Source: a bacterium (GTDB lineage Bacteria > Patescibacteriota > CPR2 > UBA1875 > CAIMLA01). From it: a stretch of 64,000 bases of DNA. Both the position numbers and the translations under genes were made by a program. Below the pieces are notes generated by a model that made no database searches, was not told the origin of the DNA, and saw only the letters and a program-made list of their open reading frames with translations. The stretch spans positions 90,085 to 154,084 of the forward strand of contig JBAXUE010000001.1 of the NCBI GenBank assembly GCA_037129835.1. The letters run 5' to 3'. Shown here piece by piece: positions 1 to 8,777 of the stretch (the first letter of the stretch is position 1; every line of letters begins with the position of its first letter).

Positions 1-1157
1 AATAGAAACTGTAAATAAACAGCCCCAGGAGCTATTTGTTTTTCACTTTCTTGTTGAACAAGTTCAGGATTAATCCAAAAGTGACCATTTCTAACTTCGT
101 ATTGCGAACGCAACTCTTCTGTAGGATCGTTCCGTAAATTGTCTATATATTTTTTTAGTGGGCCACCGTCAGAAAATTCATTTTCTGGATTATAGATATA
201 TGCATCAATGAGGTTTGCTCTAACAGAATAACTAGTGAACGGTTGGTATTGTAGTTCGTATTGGTTTTTTTGGTCATAGAATTGGTTCGGATTTATCGAT
301 TTTTCTATTTGTATCAGCTCATATGGAGCCGGTCGTGAGGGAATCGTCAACTGGGTCTCAGTACCAAGAATGTCTTTTGGTGCTGCCATCAATCCAACAA
401 GATGGAATCGATCTCCCGGTAAGGCCCCAATCTGATTTAGATTCCAGGATATTCCCTCGTAGCCGCTATTCGCTTTTATTCTTTTAGGAATCCGATCTTC
501 TTTGGTGGCGGTTTCTGATTCACGGATATCAAGTGCACAAGTGTTCATGAGTGCGCCACTTTCTAAAATTTTTAGAGCAGAAGTTACTTCTGTAGTGTGA
601 ATTAGAAAGTTGCCTCCGGGAAAAAGTTGAGCGAACTTTTCTTTGTTCCTTGCTTCAGATAAGTCATATGTGATTTCATCTAGTTTAGCGATTTCTGCTT
701 TCTCGAATTCGCTTTTAAGCGGACGCTCTTTGATAAATGAATTTATAACCTTACTAATTTCTCGCTCTCTTTGGGCTCTTTTACGTCGGAGATTTGCTAC
801 GTAGGACATGTTGCCATATTCATCAGCTCTCATTTCTGCCACATAGTCACTCATACCAAGATTCTTGTAATTATTAATCAACTCGCTTCTATCAGAGGAT
901 CTTGAGTCTAAATATTTGTCCCTAGTAAATAGCCCAAGTTCTCTGGCTTCAGCTTCAAGCCCAGCTAGTAACTCTATAGACACAGCCTCCCTAGATTGAA
1001 ATAGTGCATCACTCTTTGCTAAAAGAGTGTCTATTTGCTCTTGTTCCTCGGGCCTTGTACTGTGCCAGTGACTTTCTGAGGCTTGTAATATAAGCTCTTG
1101 GTTTGATTTTGGTTTACCAAAAGTAGTATTTATTTCGCTTTCTGCTGTTTCTTTCAT
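1..1157 (-). CDS. hypothetical protein, partial (C-terminus beyond window start); N-terminus MKETAESEINTTFGKPKSNQELILQASESHW...
   Basis: Hand-translated reverse strand from ATG (complement of 'cat' at 1155-1157); frame appears open to position 1; not in ORF track because no stop inside window. No recognisable family. Confidence 0.5.
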   Translation of the reverse strand, partial: MKETAESEINTTFGKPKSNQELILQASESHWHSTRPEEQEQIDTLLAKSDALFQSREAVSIELLAGLEAEARELGLFTRDKYLDSRSSDRSELINNYKNLGMSDYVAEMRADEYGNMSYVANLRRKRAQREREISKVINSFIKERPLKSEFEKAEIAKLDEITYDLSEARNKEKFAQLFPGGNFLIHTTEVTSALKILESGALMNTCALDIRESETATKEDRIPKRIKANSGYEGISWNLNQIGALPGDRFHLVGLMAAPKDILGTETQLTIPSRPAPYELIQIEKSINPNQFYDQKNQYELQYQPFTSYSVRANLIDAYIYNPENEFSDGGPLKKYIDNLRNDPTEELRSQYEVRNGHFWINPELVQQESEKQIAPGAVYLQFL

Positions 1158-1460
1158 AAAGGTATTTTACCATACGACTTTTATTAATAGATAATCTATA
1201 AAATCTACACCTCCGTTGATATGAAATATCATAAAATTCAGGGGTATTTCTCCGCTCTCAGCTTCTGGTTAAGTTATTATGTTAATCACTATTCTGTTGC
1301 CCGTAGTTAGTTTACTCTTAGTAAGGCAGAAATGGTTTTTATTGAAGCATAAAAAGTTAACACGTCTGTAATACGGATATTTGGCTGTAGCTCTAATTAT
1401 TCTTTTCTATATTATAGACAAATATTTAAAAGGACCAAGTGAAACATTACGCTTGTCTAC

Positions 1461-1490
1461 TTGACTAAATATTTTAGCTACTGATAAGAT
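1461..1490 (+). promoter_or_regulatory. candidate sigma70-type promoter (TTGACT-18 nt-TAAGAT) for the LTD-protein gene
   Basis: Hexamers read directly in the AT-rich divergent intergenic region upstream of the 1509 start (RBS GGGGGATAATG). Confidence 0.3.
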
Positions 1491-1508
1491 AAATATGATC
1501 GGGGGATA

Positions 1509-2792
1509 ATGAAAAAACAATTTCTCTTAAGCCTAATCTTTATAGTTATTACTGTTATTCCAATCCACGTGTTTGCGGGATCAGAAAACCTAAAGATTGA
1601 AGAATTTAGGGTAGACGGTGTAACTACAAACGACGAATACGTAGTAATTGCCAACTATGGCACTGAGAGCATAGATATTAATTTATATTCACTAACCATC
1701 AAGACAAGCGCAACGACATATAGCTACCTATATAAATTTGGAATTGGTAGTTCTATAAAGCCTGGGGAACGAATACGAATTTGCCATAATTCAATAGCGG
1801 ACAAATCACTTTGTAATTTATTCAATACTTCTACTTCATATTCTATGAAGGAAAGTGGTGTTCTTGCTCTAGTTGATAATAGCAAGGGAACAAAGATAAA
1901 TATCGATATCGTTGGCTATGGCGAGTTAGATTATGGAGTGGGTGGGTGCTGGTCTACGGGTTGTGAAGAATATCCGCTAGACATGCCTGCTAAAAACACT
2001 CCTTATAAAAGGATTAACGGTCAAGATACAAATCGAGGGTATTTTGATTTTGAACCAGTTGTAATACTAGAATCCACTTATTCTGATCCGAACATTGATA
2101 AAATAGTTATCAGCGAGCTTATGCCGGCACCAGATAGTGAAGAAGAGTGGTTCGAACTTTATAACCAGGCCAGTTTACCAGTCTCACTTTCTGGAGTAAA
2201 AATTTGCGATGCAGTTGGTAGTATCCATTGCTATTATTTTGTCGAAACAGACCTTATGAAACCTTTTGAATACAAAACTTATTCACAGAGTACGACTAAA
2301 ATTACCTTGAATAATACCGGAGATTGGCTCGAACTCCGGGATGAAAATGATAATCTTTTGGCTGACAGTGGCGGAAATTACGGCAGAGCAGACTCTGCCA
2401 TTAGTCTTTCACTATTCGGAAATGATTTTAATTGGACTAAAACAGCGACTCCAAATGAGCAAAATATTTATACTGATACGGTTGAGATAGAAGAACCAAC
2501 AACAGTGGCACCGAAATCAACTTCTAAGAAAGTTAAGGCAGCCGTAGTAAAGAAAGCTTCTAGTGTCACTTCGGCAAGCGAGCCAAGTGAAGTTGCAGGC
2601 GCTAGTACGGTTTTGGCTGCTAAAAACGCGAAATCAGTTGCGGCCATACCAGTAAAGCCGGGGCTTAACGATAATAACTATGCCTATCTTCTATTCGCTT
2701 TGGCAATCCTAATCTTTCTGGGCTATAATCTTTGGGAAAGAAGGACCAATGTCAGAAACTTTTACTACAAAATCATCAGAAGAGACAGTTAA
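1509..2792 (+). CDS. secreted lamin-tail-domain (LTD) repeat protein with N-terminal signal peptide and C-terminal TM anchor
   Basis: Signal peptide (MKKQFLLSLIFIVITVIPIHVFA). Two LTD-like segments (EEFRVDG...YVVIANYG; ISELMPAPDSEEEWFELYN = classic LTD 'EWIELYN' motif). C-terminal hydrophobic stretch YLLFALAILIFLGY. Confidence 0.6.
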   Translation: MKKQFLLSLIFIVITVIPIHVFAGSENLKIEEFRVDGVTTNDEYVVIANYGTESIDINLYSLTIKTSATTYSYLYKFGIGSSIKPGERIRICHNSIADKSLCNLFNTSTSYSMKESGVLALVDNSKGTKINIDIVGYGELDYGVGGCWSTGCEEYPLDMPAKNTPYKRINGQDTNRGYFDFEPVVILESTYSDPNIDKIVISELMPAPDSEEEWFELYNQASLPVSLSGVKICDAVGSIHCYYFVETDLMKPFEYKTYSQSTTKITLNNTGDWLELRDENDNLLADSGGNYGRADSAISLSLFGNDFNWTKTATPNEQNIYTDTVEIEEPTTVAPKSTSKKVKAAVVKKASSVTSASEPSEVAGASTVLAAKNAKSVAAIPVKPGLNDNNYAYLLFALAILIFLGYNLWERRTNVRNFYYKIIRRDS

Positions 2793-3195
2793 TCTTGGCA
2801 AAAAGCTGGGCCAGAAGCTTCGTGGTGGGGAGGTAATCTTTCTTATCGGTGATCTTGGTGGTGGTAAAACTCAATTTGCCAAGGGAGTTGCCCTTGGTCT
2901 GGGAATAGTAGAAACGGTAGTAAGTCCAACGTTTACGATTGAAAGAATATACACTTCCCCTCGTCATTCCCGCGAAGGCGGGAATCTAGTCATGCACCAT
3001 TTCGATCTATATCGGCTCACGAATGATAGAGAAATAAACGAGGAAATCAAGGAAATCTCTGAAAGTGGTGTTGAGATTATGTTAATAGAGTGGCCAGAGA
3101 ATCTAGAGGGAATCCAGGGCCTCGCTACGACGAAAATACAGTTTGAACACATAGATGAAGATATTAGAAAGATAACTACTGAGGAGATAAAATGA
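2749..3195 (+). CDS. tsaE: tRNA threonylcarbamoyladenosine biosynthesis protein TsaE (YjeE P-loop ATPase)
   Basis: GDLGGGKTQFAKG Walker-A, SPTFTI...HFDLYRL TsaE signature; RBS AGAAGGA; overlaps upstream gene by 44 nt. Confidence 0.8.
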   Translation: MSETFTTKSSEETVNLGKKLGQKLRGGEVIFLIGDLGGGKTQFAKGVALGLGIVETVVSPTFTIERIYTSPRHSREGGNLVMHHFDLYRLTNDREINEEIKEISESGVEIMLIEWPENLEGIQGLATTKIQFEHIDEDIRKITTEEIK

Positions 3196-3599
3196 TTCTT
3201 GTAATAGATACAGCTGCAAACGATACTTCTCTCGGTCTTTGGTCAGAAAAGTGGTTAGCGACGGAAGAATTCACGGGTGGGCGAGAGCTAAATAGACTTA
3301 TTATTGAAAAAATAGATAATCTTTTCGTAAATACGAAAGCTAAGCCAGCAGATATTACGGGCATAATTGTAAATGCTGGACCTGGCTCCTTTACAGGCCT
3401 GCGCATCGGTATCTCAGTTGCGAATACATTTGCATATTCACTTGATATCCCAATTGTTGGTGTAAAAGAGCAGACTGAAGCTGAAAACCTTTTACAGAAT
3501 GGCCTTTCCATGCTAAAATCACGGGGCGCATCATTTGACGAGGTTGTTGTACCTCACTATGGTGCTGAACCTAATATTTCTATTCCCAAGAAGGGGTAA
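3192..3599 (+). CDS. tsaB: TsaB-like (YeaZ/inactive Kae1 paralogue), short 135-aa form
   Basis: MILVIDTAANDTSLGLW... N-terminal ASKHA fold typical of TsaB; directly coupled to tsaE (ATGA overlap); shorter than canonical ~220 aa. Confidence 0.6.
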   Translation: MILVIDTAANDTSLGLWSEKWLATEEFTGGRELNRLIIEKIDNLFVNTKAKPADITGIIVNAGPGSFTGLRIGISVANTFAYSLDIPIVGVKEQTEAENLLQNGLSMLKSRGASFDEVVVPHYGAEPNISIPKKG

Positions 3600-3610
3600 G
3601 GTGTTGCCAT

Positions 3611-3787
3611 ATGGCGACGAGACCCCCAAATGGGTTTCTGCAGTCTACCAGACGCCGTGCTACAAAGCTGGAGCGCGTTGCTCCAGAAATCAACCTGGTG
3701 AAATACCCAGTGAGTTATCTGTTTGTTCTTATTCGCAATGTCTGGCGTGAGCTAGACAAAAGTATCGAGGAGGGTAGTGCGAAATGA
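3611..3787 (+). CDS. small ORF A (58 aa) in GC-rich insert: MATRPPNGFLQSTRRRATKLERVAPEINLVKYPVSYLFVLIRNVWRELDKSIEEGSAK
   Basis: Hand-translated; below ORF-track size cut-off; stop TGA overlaps next ATG (ATGA coupling); AAGGGG/GGTG upstream. Confidence 0.3.
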   Translation: MATRPPNGFLQSTRRRATKLERVAPEINLVKYPVSYLFVLIRNVWRELDKSIEEGSAK

Positions 3788-3933
3788 GCACAACCGATGT
3801 ACGAATCAGGCAGGTTGTGAAGGCAAAATTCCTGCTTGAAGCTGTCGAGAGTCTCTCAGAAGTCCCTTGGTGGCGCTTTATTGAGCGTTCACGTCGCCTA
3901 GAAGGTGTATGGCTTCGCAGCTCTTCTGCGTAA
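3784..3933 (+). CDS. small ORF B (49 aa): MSTTDVRIRQVVKAKFLLEAVESLSEVPWWRFIERSRRLEGVWLRSSSA
   Basis: Strong SD GAGGAGGG 9 nt upstream of ATG; coupled to ORF A. Confidence 0.3.
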   Translation: MSTTDVRIRQVVKAKFLLEAVESLSEVPWWRFIERSRRLEGVWLRSSSA

Positions 3934-3979
3934 AACTATGCCGAAACCAGGCCCAGACAAACCAGGGAGGTGAAGACAG

Positions 3980-4186
3980 GTGGCTACTAATAGGCGCGAG
4001 GAAGCCCTCGTAAAGGCACAGGCTGAAATAGACGATTTCAGGGCTAATCATCCTGAGGAAGATTGGGGTCTGGACTCGGACTACGTGAGACGCCAGCAAT
4101 ACGAGAAAACCCATGAACGCATCGAGACGGTTCAGGGTCTCAGAAGTTGGTCACTCGGAGAGTCAACAAGGAGAAGTATCGGTTAA
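3980..4186 (+). CDS. small ORF C (68 aa, GTG start): MATNRREEALVKAQAEIDDFRANHPEEDWGLDSDYVRRQQYEKTHERIETVQGL...
   Basis: ORF track; SD AGGGAGG 8 nt upstream of GTG; charged helical composition; followed by intrinsic terminator. Confidence 0.35.
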   Translation: MATNRREEALVKAQAEIDDFRANHPEEDWGLDSDYVRRQQYEKTHERIETVQGLRSWSLGESTRRSIG

Positions 4187-4211
4187 CGGTCGAAAACCAC
4201 CAGCTTTAGGG

Positions 4212-4241
4212 CAACGGAGGGTTTCGGCCGTTGTTCTTTTT
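4212..4241 (+). terminator. intrinsic terminator (CAACGG-loop-CCGTTG + TTCTTTTT)
   Basis: Hairpin and T-run read directly; ends the tsaEB + GC-rich insert transcription unit. Confidence 0.6.
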
Positions 4242-4465
4242 AAGTCTTGTTTTTTTGTCTCGAAAGTCATATAATAATCCCGTAAACATAGAAATTAAAA
4301 CTAGTTGACATATATTCCAAAAAACCAAAAATTAATCTTAAATACATTAGAAAATAAAGAAATTTACTATAAAATTGAATAGATAAAACTCTTTTTTGGG
4401 AACATTTTTGGTTCTGTGCCAGCTTTTATGAAACTTACCCGTTATGGGAAAAGGAAGGAGATAAT

Positions 4466-5992
4466 ATGGAAGTAATTAGCATTATTATTGCGATTGCGGC
4501 TCTTGGTGCTGGCGGGATCGGTGGCTATGCTTATCGAAAAGTCCAGATATCAAAAGACGTAGAAAATGCAGAAGGCAAAGCAGAAAAAAAGATTTCTGAA
4601 GCTGAAGTAAAGGCAAAAGAAATTGTTATCGAGGCCAAGAATGAGGCTATTAAGATCGCTGAAGCGGCGAAACACGAAGAAAAAGAACGTCGTGACCAAT
4701 TTTCGGCAACAGAAAGAAGAGTCGCACAGCGTGAGGAAGCTCTCGATAAAAAAAGTGACGAGCTAGACAAGAAACGTGACGATATCGATAAGAATAAAGA
4801 AGAAATCGAAACTGTTAAGAACGATTTACGTGATCTTCGGGTCAAACAACAGGGAGCGCTTGAGAAAATATCAAAACTTACTAAAGATGAGGCCAAAGAC
4901 ACCCTTCTTAAAATGGTAGAAAAAGACTACAAAAAAGATATTGTTAGTTATATCAAAAAAGTTGAGATGGAAACCAAGGAAGAGGCTGACACTAAGGCCC
5001 GTGAGATTCTCGTTACCGCGATTCAACGTGTCGCAGGCGAGCAAACAGCTGAAAGTACAGTAACTTCAGTTGCTTTGCCTAATGACGAAATAAAAGGAAG
5101 AATTATCGGTCGAGAAGGACGAAATATACAAGCTATCGAAAAGGCGACTGGTTGTGACATTATTGTTGACGACACACCAGGGATGATTGTTATATCTGGC
5201 TTTGATCCAGTAAGACGCAATGTAGCCAAGGTAGCTCTAGAGAAACTTATTAAAGATGGTAGAATCCATCCAACCAAGATCGAAGAATCAGTGGCCAAGG
5301 CTCAAGAAGAGATAGATAAGCAGATCAAAGAAGCTGGCGAAAAAGCTGTTTATGAAGCTGGTGTAGCTGGACTTCCTGCTGAGATGATAAAGCTTCTTGG
5401 ACGCTTGAAGTTTAGAACTTCTTTTTCCCAAAATGTACTTCAACATTCAGTTGAAACAGCTCTTCTCGCAAGTGCGCTCGCAGGTGAGCTTGGTGCTGAT
5501 GTTGCTCTTGCTAAAAAGGCGGGGCTTCTCCATGACATTGGTAAGGCAGTGGACCAAGATATAGAGGGTTCTCATGCTACTATTTCTCGTGATATTTGTA
5601 GAAAATTTGGTATGAGTGACGAGATTGTTCATGCGGTAGAGGCACATCACGAAGAGGTTCCCTTCCGAACAGTTGAGGCAGTTATTATTCAAGTTTCTGA
5701 TGCTATTTCAGCTGGACGCCCAGGGGTTCGAAGAGACTCTTTGGATAATTATGTAAAGAGACTTACAGAGCTAGAAAATATTGCCAAAGGCTTCGATGGA
5801 GTAGAGAAGGTTTACGCAATCCAAGCAGGTAGAGAAGTGCGTGTCTTTGTAACGCCAGAGAAGATAGACGATCTTACGGCATTAAAACTTGCCAAGGATG
5901 TTGCGACCAAGATTGAGGCTGATCTGAAATATCCTGGGCAGATCAAGGTCAATGTTATCCGTGAAACCAGAGCAATCGAGTACGCAAAATAA
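4466..5992 (+). CDS. rny: ribonuclease Y (N-terminal TM, coiled coil, KH and HD domains)
   Basis: N-term TM IIAIAALGAGGIGGYAY, KH GRIIGREGRNIQAIE, HD HSVETALLASALAGELGAD...LLHDIGK; RBS GGAAGGAG. Confidence 0.9.
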   Translation: MEVISIIIAIAALGAGGIGGYAYRKVQISKDVENAEGKAEKKISEAEVKAKEIVIEAKNEAIKIAEAAKHEEKERRDQFSATERRVAQREEALDKKSDELDKKRDDIDKNKEEIETVKNDLRDLRVKQQGALEKISKLTKDEAKDTLLKMVEKDYKKDIVSYIKKVEMETKEEADTKAREILVTAIQRVAGEQTAESTVTSVALPNDEIKGRIIGREGRNIQAIEKATGCDIIVDDTPGMIVISGFDPVRRNVAKVALEKLIKDGRIHPTKIEESVAKAQEEIDKQIKEAGEKAVYEAGVAGLPAEMIKLLGRLKFRTSFSQNVLQHSVETALLASALAGELGADVALAKKAGLLHDIGKAVDQDIEGSHATISRDICRKFGMSDEIVHAVEAHHEEVPFRTVEAVIIQVSDAISAGRPGVRRDSLDNYVKRLTELENIAKGFDGVEKVYAIQAGREVRVFVTPEKIDDLTALKLAKDVATKIEADLKYPGQIKVNVIRETRAIEYAK

Positions 5993-6136
5993 CCCCTCCC
6001 GCCGTCATCCTGTCATCGACTCTGAGGTGAGCCTCATCGCTCAGACTCGAAGAGAGGAGCTAAGAAAGCTCACTTAGCGACGTGAGGATCTATAACTCTC
6101 GGCTTCTGCTCGAGACGACATAATAAAAGGAAAATT

Positions 6137-6919
6137 ATGAAAATATTATTTATCGGCGATATAGTTAGCAGTAGTGCTAGAAGTGTATTGAAAAAACTTC
6201 TTCCTGAGCTCAGAAGTGAGCACGGAATAGATATTGTTATTGCGAACGGCGAGCACCTTTCTGATAGAGTCGGGGTAGATGCTGAGACAGTCGAAGAGAT
6301 GACTAGAGCCGGTATCGATTTCTTTACGACGGGAAATCACGTTTGGAGACAGAAGGATTTCGCGGACAAACTAGAAAAAAGAAATCTACCGGTTATTAGA
6401 CCTGCGAATTTCCTGCATGGCACTCCTGGAGACGGCTATCGAGTAATTAACACATCTTTTGGTAAGTTACTCGTCATTAACCTACTTGGCCAACATGAGA
6501 TCAAGACAAACGCGACATCACCATTTCTTACGGCTGATGAAATAATTGCTGCAAATCCAGACTGTAAATATATATTCGTTGATTTCCATGCAGAGATGAG
6601 TAGCGAAAAAGTCGCTTTGGGGCGCTATCTAGACGGTCGAGTATCTGCAGTAGTGGGTACTCATATCCATGTTCCCACCGCAGACGCTAGAGTCCTCTCT
6701 GGTGGTACAGCTGTAGTAACTGACGTAGGTTTCACAGGTCCGGCAGAGTCAATACTTGGAGTTCGAGAAGATATTATTTTTCAGACATTTATTTCTAGTA
6801 TGCCCCAGAAATTTGAGCTAGCAGACGGTCCAATCCAGCTCAATTCAGTTTTAATCGATCTCGGCTCAGACGGTAAGGCAAAATCTATAATTCGTATTGA
6901 TAAAGTAGTTTCTGTTTAG
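6137..6919 (+). CDS. ymdB: YmdB-family metallophosphoesterase (2',3'-cyclic nucleotide phosphodiesterase)
   Basis: MKILFIGDIV...ANGEH metallophosphatase motifs; conserved rny-ymdB synteny as in Bacillus. Confidence 0.8.
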   Translation: MKILFIGDIVSSSARSVLKKLLPELRSEHGIDIVIANGEHLSDRVGVDAETVEEMTRAGIDFFTTGNHVWRQKDFADKLEKRNLPVIRPANFLHGTPGDGYRVINTSFGKLLVINLLGQHEIKTNATSPFLTADEIIAANPDCKYIFVDFHAEMSSEKVALGRYLDGRVSAVVGTHIHVPTADARVLSGGTAVVTDVGFTGPAESILGVREDIIFQTFISSMPQKFELADGPIQLNSVLIDLGSDGKAKSIIRIDKVVSV

Positions 6920-7063
6920 CCTCAGTTTATTCTCAGCTATAGAGACTAATTTAGTGTGGAGATAACTTCACAGGTGTAGTATAATTAGCTTAGTAAAAAG
7001 ATAAAAATCCCTTTAGTCGAGGGTCTGCTGGCTTAAAAAGCCAACTACGAAGGAGAGAATAAA

Positions 7064-7336
7064 ATGACAAAAAGAGAGCTAGTCGAAGTATTATCGAAAG
7101 AAACTGCATATACCAAGAAAGAGGTAAAAGAATTTATTGAGAAATTCGCAGAAGTTGTTACTCGCACTGTAAAAAAAGGTGAAAAAGTAGCTGTAACTGG
7201 TTTTGGTACATTTGACCTTGGTAAACGAGCTGCTCGACGTGGACGTGATCCACAGAGTGGTGAAATCATCCGTATACCAGAGATGAAAATGCCTCGTTTT
7301 AGAGCGGGTAAGAACCTAAAAGAAAACGTTAGATAA
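7064..7336 (+). CDS. hup: DNA-binding protein HU
   Basis: 90 aa, MTKRELVEVLS...GFGTF...RNPQTGE-like arm (RRGRDPQSGEIIRIP); RBS GAAGGAGAG. Confidence 0.9.
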   Translation: MTKRELVEVLSKETAYTKKEVKEFIEKFAEVVTRTVKKGEKVAVTGFGTFDLGKRAARRGRDPQSGEIIRIPEMKMPRFRAGKNLKENVR

Positions 7337-7353
7337 TATTTCTAAAATAGATA

Positions 7354-7383
7354 AAAGAGGCCTTAAGGGCCTCTTTTATATTG
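7354..7383 (+). terminator. intrinsic terminator AAAGAGGCC-TTAA-GGCCTCTTT + T-run
   Basis: Perfect palindrome read directly downstream of hup. Confidence 0.6.
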
Positions 7384-7535
7384 AAAAAAAGCTGATTTTC
7401 TGCTAAAATAACTAGGCATTTTGTGAGCAATCCACAAGTGGGGTCCCCGAAATTCATAGGATTTAAGGGGAAGAGGAAAAGTCGCGTAAAACATAAGCTT
7501 TGTAAAAAGCGATTGTTGGCAGCGGACTTTGACGA

Positions 7536-7611
7536 GCGGGTATAGTATAATGGCTTATTATGCGACCCTTCCAAGGTCGAGATAAGGGTTCGATCCCCTT
7601 TACCCGCTCCA
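7536..7611 (+). tRNA. tRNA-Gly (anticodon UCC), CCA encoded
   Basis: Hand-folded: acceptor GCGGGTA/TACCCGC, anticodon stem CGACC/GGTCG, loop CTTCCAA, T-arm AAGGG-TTCGATC-CCCTT, discriminator T + CCA. Confidence 0.7.
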
Positions 7612-7769
7612 CGTCAGCGCAAGCTGGCACATTTAGCAGATCCGCCAATTGTCGGACTGCACAAATATTTTCGCTACGCCTCCTTCCCAATAAATATCTA
7701 TCGATTTTTATTGGGTGGATATACGAACTTCCGCGACATTCGGAAGCTCGTTTCGGCATAGCCTCACGT

Positions 7770-7847
7770 GCGCCTATAGCTCAGTTGGATTAGAGCGTGT
7801 GGTTTCGGCCCACAAGGCCGGGGGTTCGAGTCCCTCTGGGCGCACCA
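7770..7847 (+). tRNA. tRNA-Arg (anticodon UCG), CCA encoded
   Basis: Acceptor GCGCCTA/TGGGCGC, D-arm GCTCAGTTGGATTAGAGC, anticodon stem TGTGG/CCACA, loop TTTCGGC, T-loop TTCGAGT. Confidence 0.65.
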
Positions 7848-8022
7848 CGTCAGAATAAACTGACAGCATTCATAATTTTACCAGTAAAATCAATTCCTGC
7901 TTCTCGTTATTCTTCCTTTCCGATCAAAAACATTATTTTTGATCGGTTTATCGACAAAACAGAAATATTTGTCGAAATAGATAAAGGAGGAATCGCGAAA
8001 AAATAACAGAAGATTCCGACGT

Positions 8023-8099
8023 GGTGGTCGTAGCTCAGCTGGTAGAGCTCCGGTTTGTGGTACCGGCGGTCGCGGGTTCGAGCCCCGTCGACCACCCCA
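8023..8099 (+). tRNA. tRNA-His (anticodon GUG) with genomically encoded G-1 and CCA
   Basis: Extra 5' G pairing with discriminator C (His identity element), acceptor GTGGTCG/CGACCAC, anticodon loop TTGTGGT. Confidence 0.75.
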
Positions 8100-8107
8100 G
8101 TAAAAAA

Positions 8108-8137
8108 ATCGAACCGTTAATCGAGTTCGATTTTTTA
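8108..8137 (+). terminator. intrinsic terminator ATCGAAC-loop-GTTCGAT + TTTTTT
   Basis: Read directly after tRNA-His. Confidence 0.55.
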
Positions 8138-8161
8138 ATTAAATTTAAGTATAGTTAACAA

Positions 8162-8734
8162 ATGAAGAAAATAAATCTTTTATTTGATAAACCTGATTAT
8201 GAAAAACTACTGACCAAAGATAGAATTATTAACATCACGGGCGCAGTTGGTTCTGGTAAGTCTACTTTGGCGCGAAAGTATAAAGACAATAATAAATATA
8301 TCGTCATTGGTTTAGATAGTGTTTTTGGAGAAAGAGATCCTGAAACTAGAAATCAGCATGCTTTGAATATAAAGAAAATATTATTAGAAAAATATAGAGA
8401 CAAGGGTGAATTATCATCTAAGTACATAGTAAATTATTATGAAGATATATTAAAATACATCAAAGATAATAATAAAATTGGTATTATTGAAGGAGGTTCT
8501 GTAGGTAATGTCGACCTTATTAGTAAGTTAAAAGGGAAGATAATAGTTAAAAGAACCGTAAAGATAAGGTGCTATATAAGAGCAGTGGTACGAGATTGCA
8601 AAAATCCAGATTGGCTAGAAGATCTAAGTTTTGCGGGGAAGCTGAAAAGATATATCCATGTTGCTATCAGAAGAACAGAAATATTCAGAAATGATGAAAT
8701 AGATAAATTTATGACCGCATTAGATAAAAAGTAA
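8162..8734 (+). CDS. P-loop NTPase / small-molecule kinase-like protein
   Basis: Walker A ITGAVGSGKST; 190 aa; very AT-rich gene; family not resolved (AAA/zeta-toxin/nucleoside-kinase-like fold). Confidence 0.45.
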   Translation: MKKINLLFDKPDYEKLLTKDRIINITGAVGSGKSTLARKYKDNNKYIVIGLDSVFGERDPETRNQHALNIKKILLEKYRDKGELSSKYIVNYYEDILKYIKDNNKIGIIEGGSVGNVDLISKLKGKIIVKRTVKIRCYIRAVVRDCKNPDWLEDLSFAGKLKRYIHVAIRRTEIFRNDEIDKFMTALDKK

Positions 8735-8777
8735 ATAATACTTGACATTTAGTAAACTTTACTTTACAATCACAGAC

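Noticed and set aside
3535-3750. 71-aa ORF starting inside tsaB
   Set aside because: Begins within the tsaB coding region and lacks an RBS; the alternative frame (3611..3787) has an SD and translational coupling, so it was preferred.
4531-5692. Minus-strand ORFs (4531..4902, 5023..5298, 5447..5692) antisense to rny
   Set aside because: Fully embedded in a confidently assigned, well-conserved gene on the other strand; Ser/Leu-rich low-complexity translations typical of antisense frames.
7527-7551. TTGACG ... TATAAT promoter-like hexamers
   Set aside because: TATAAT is the D-arm of tRNA-Gly and the spacer to TTGACG is only 12 nt; coincidental.
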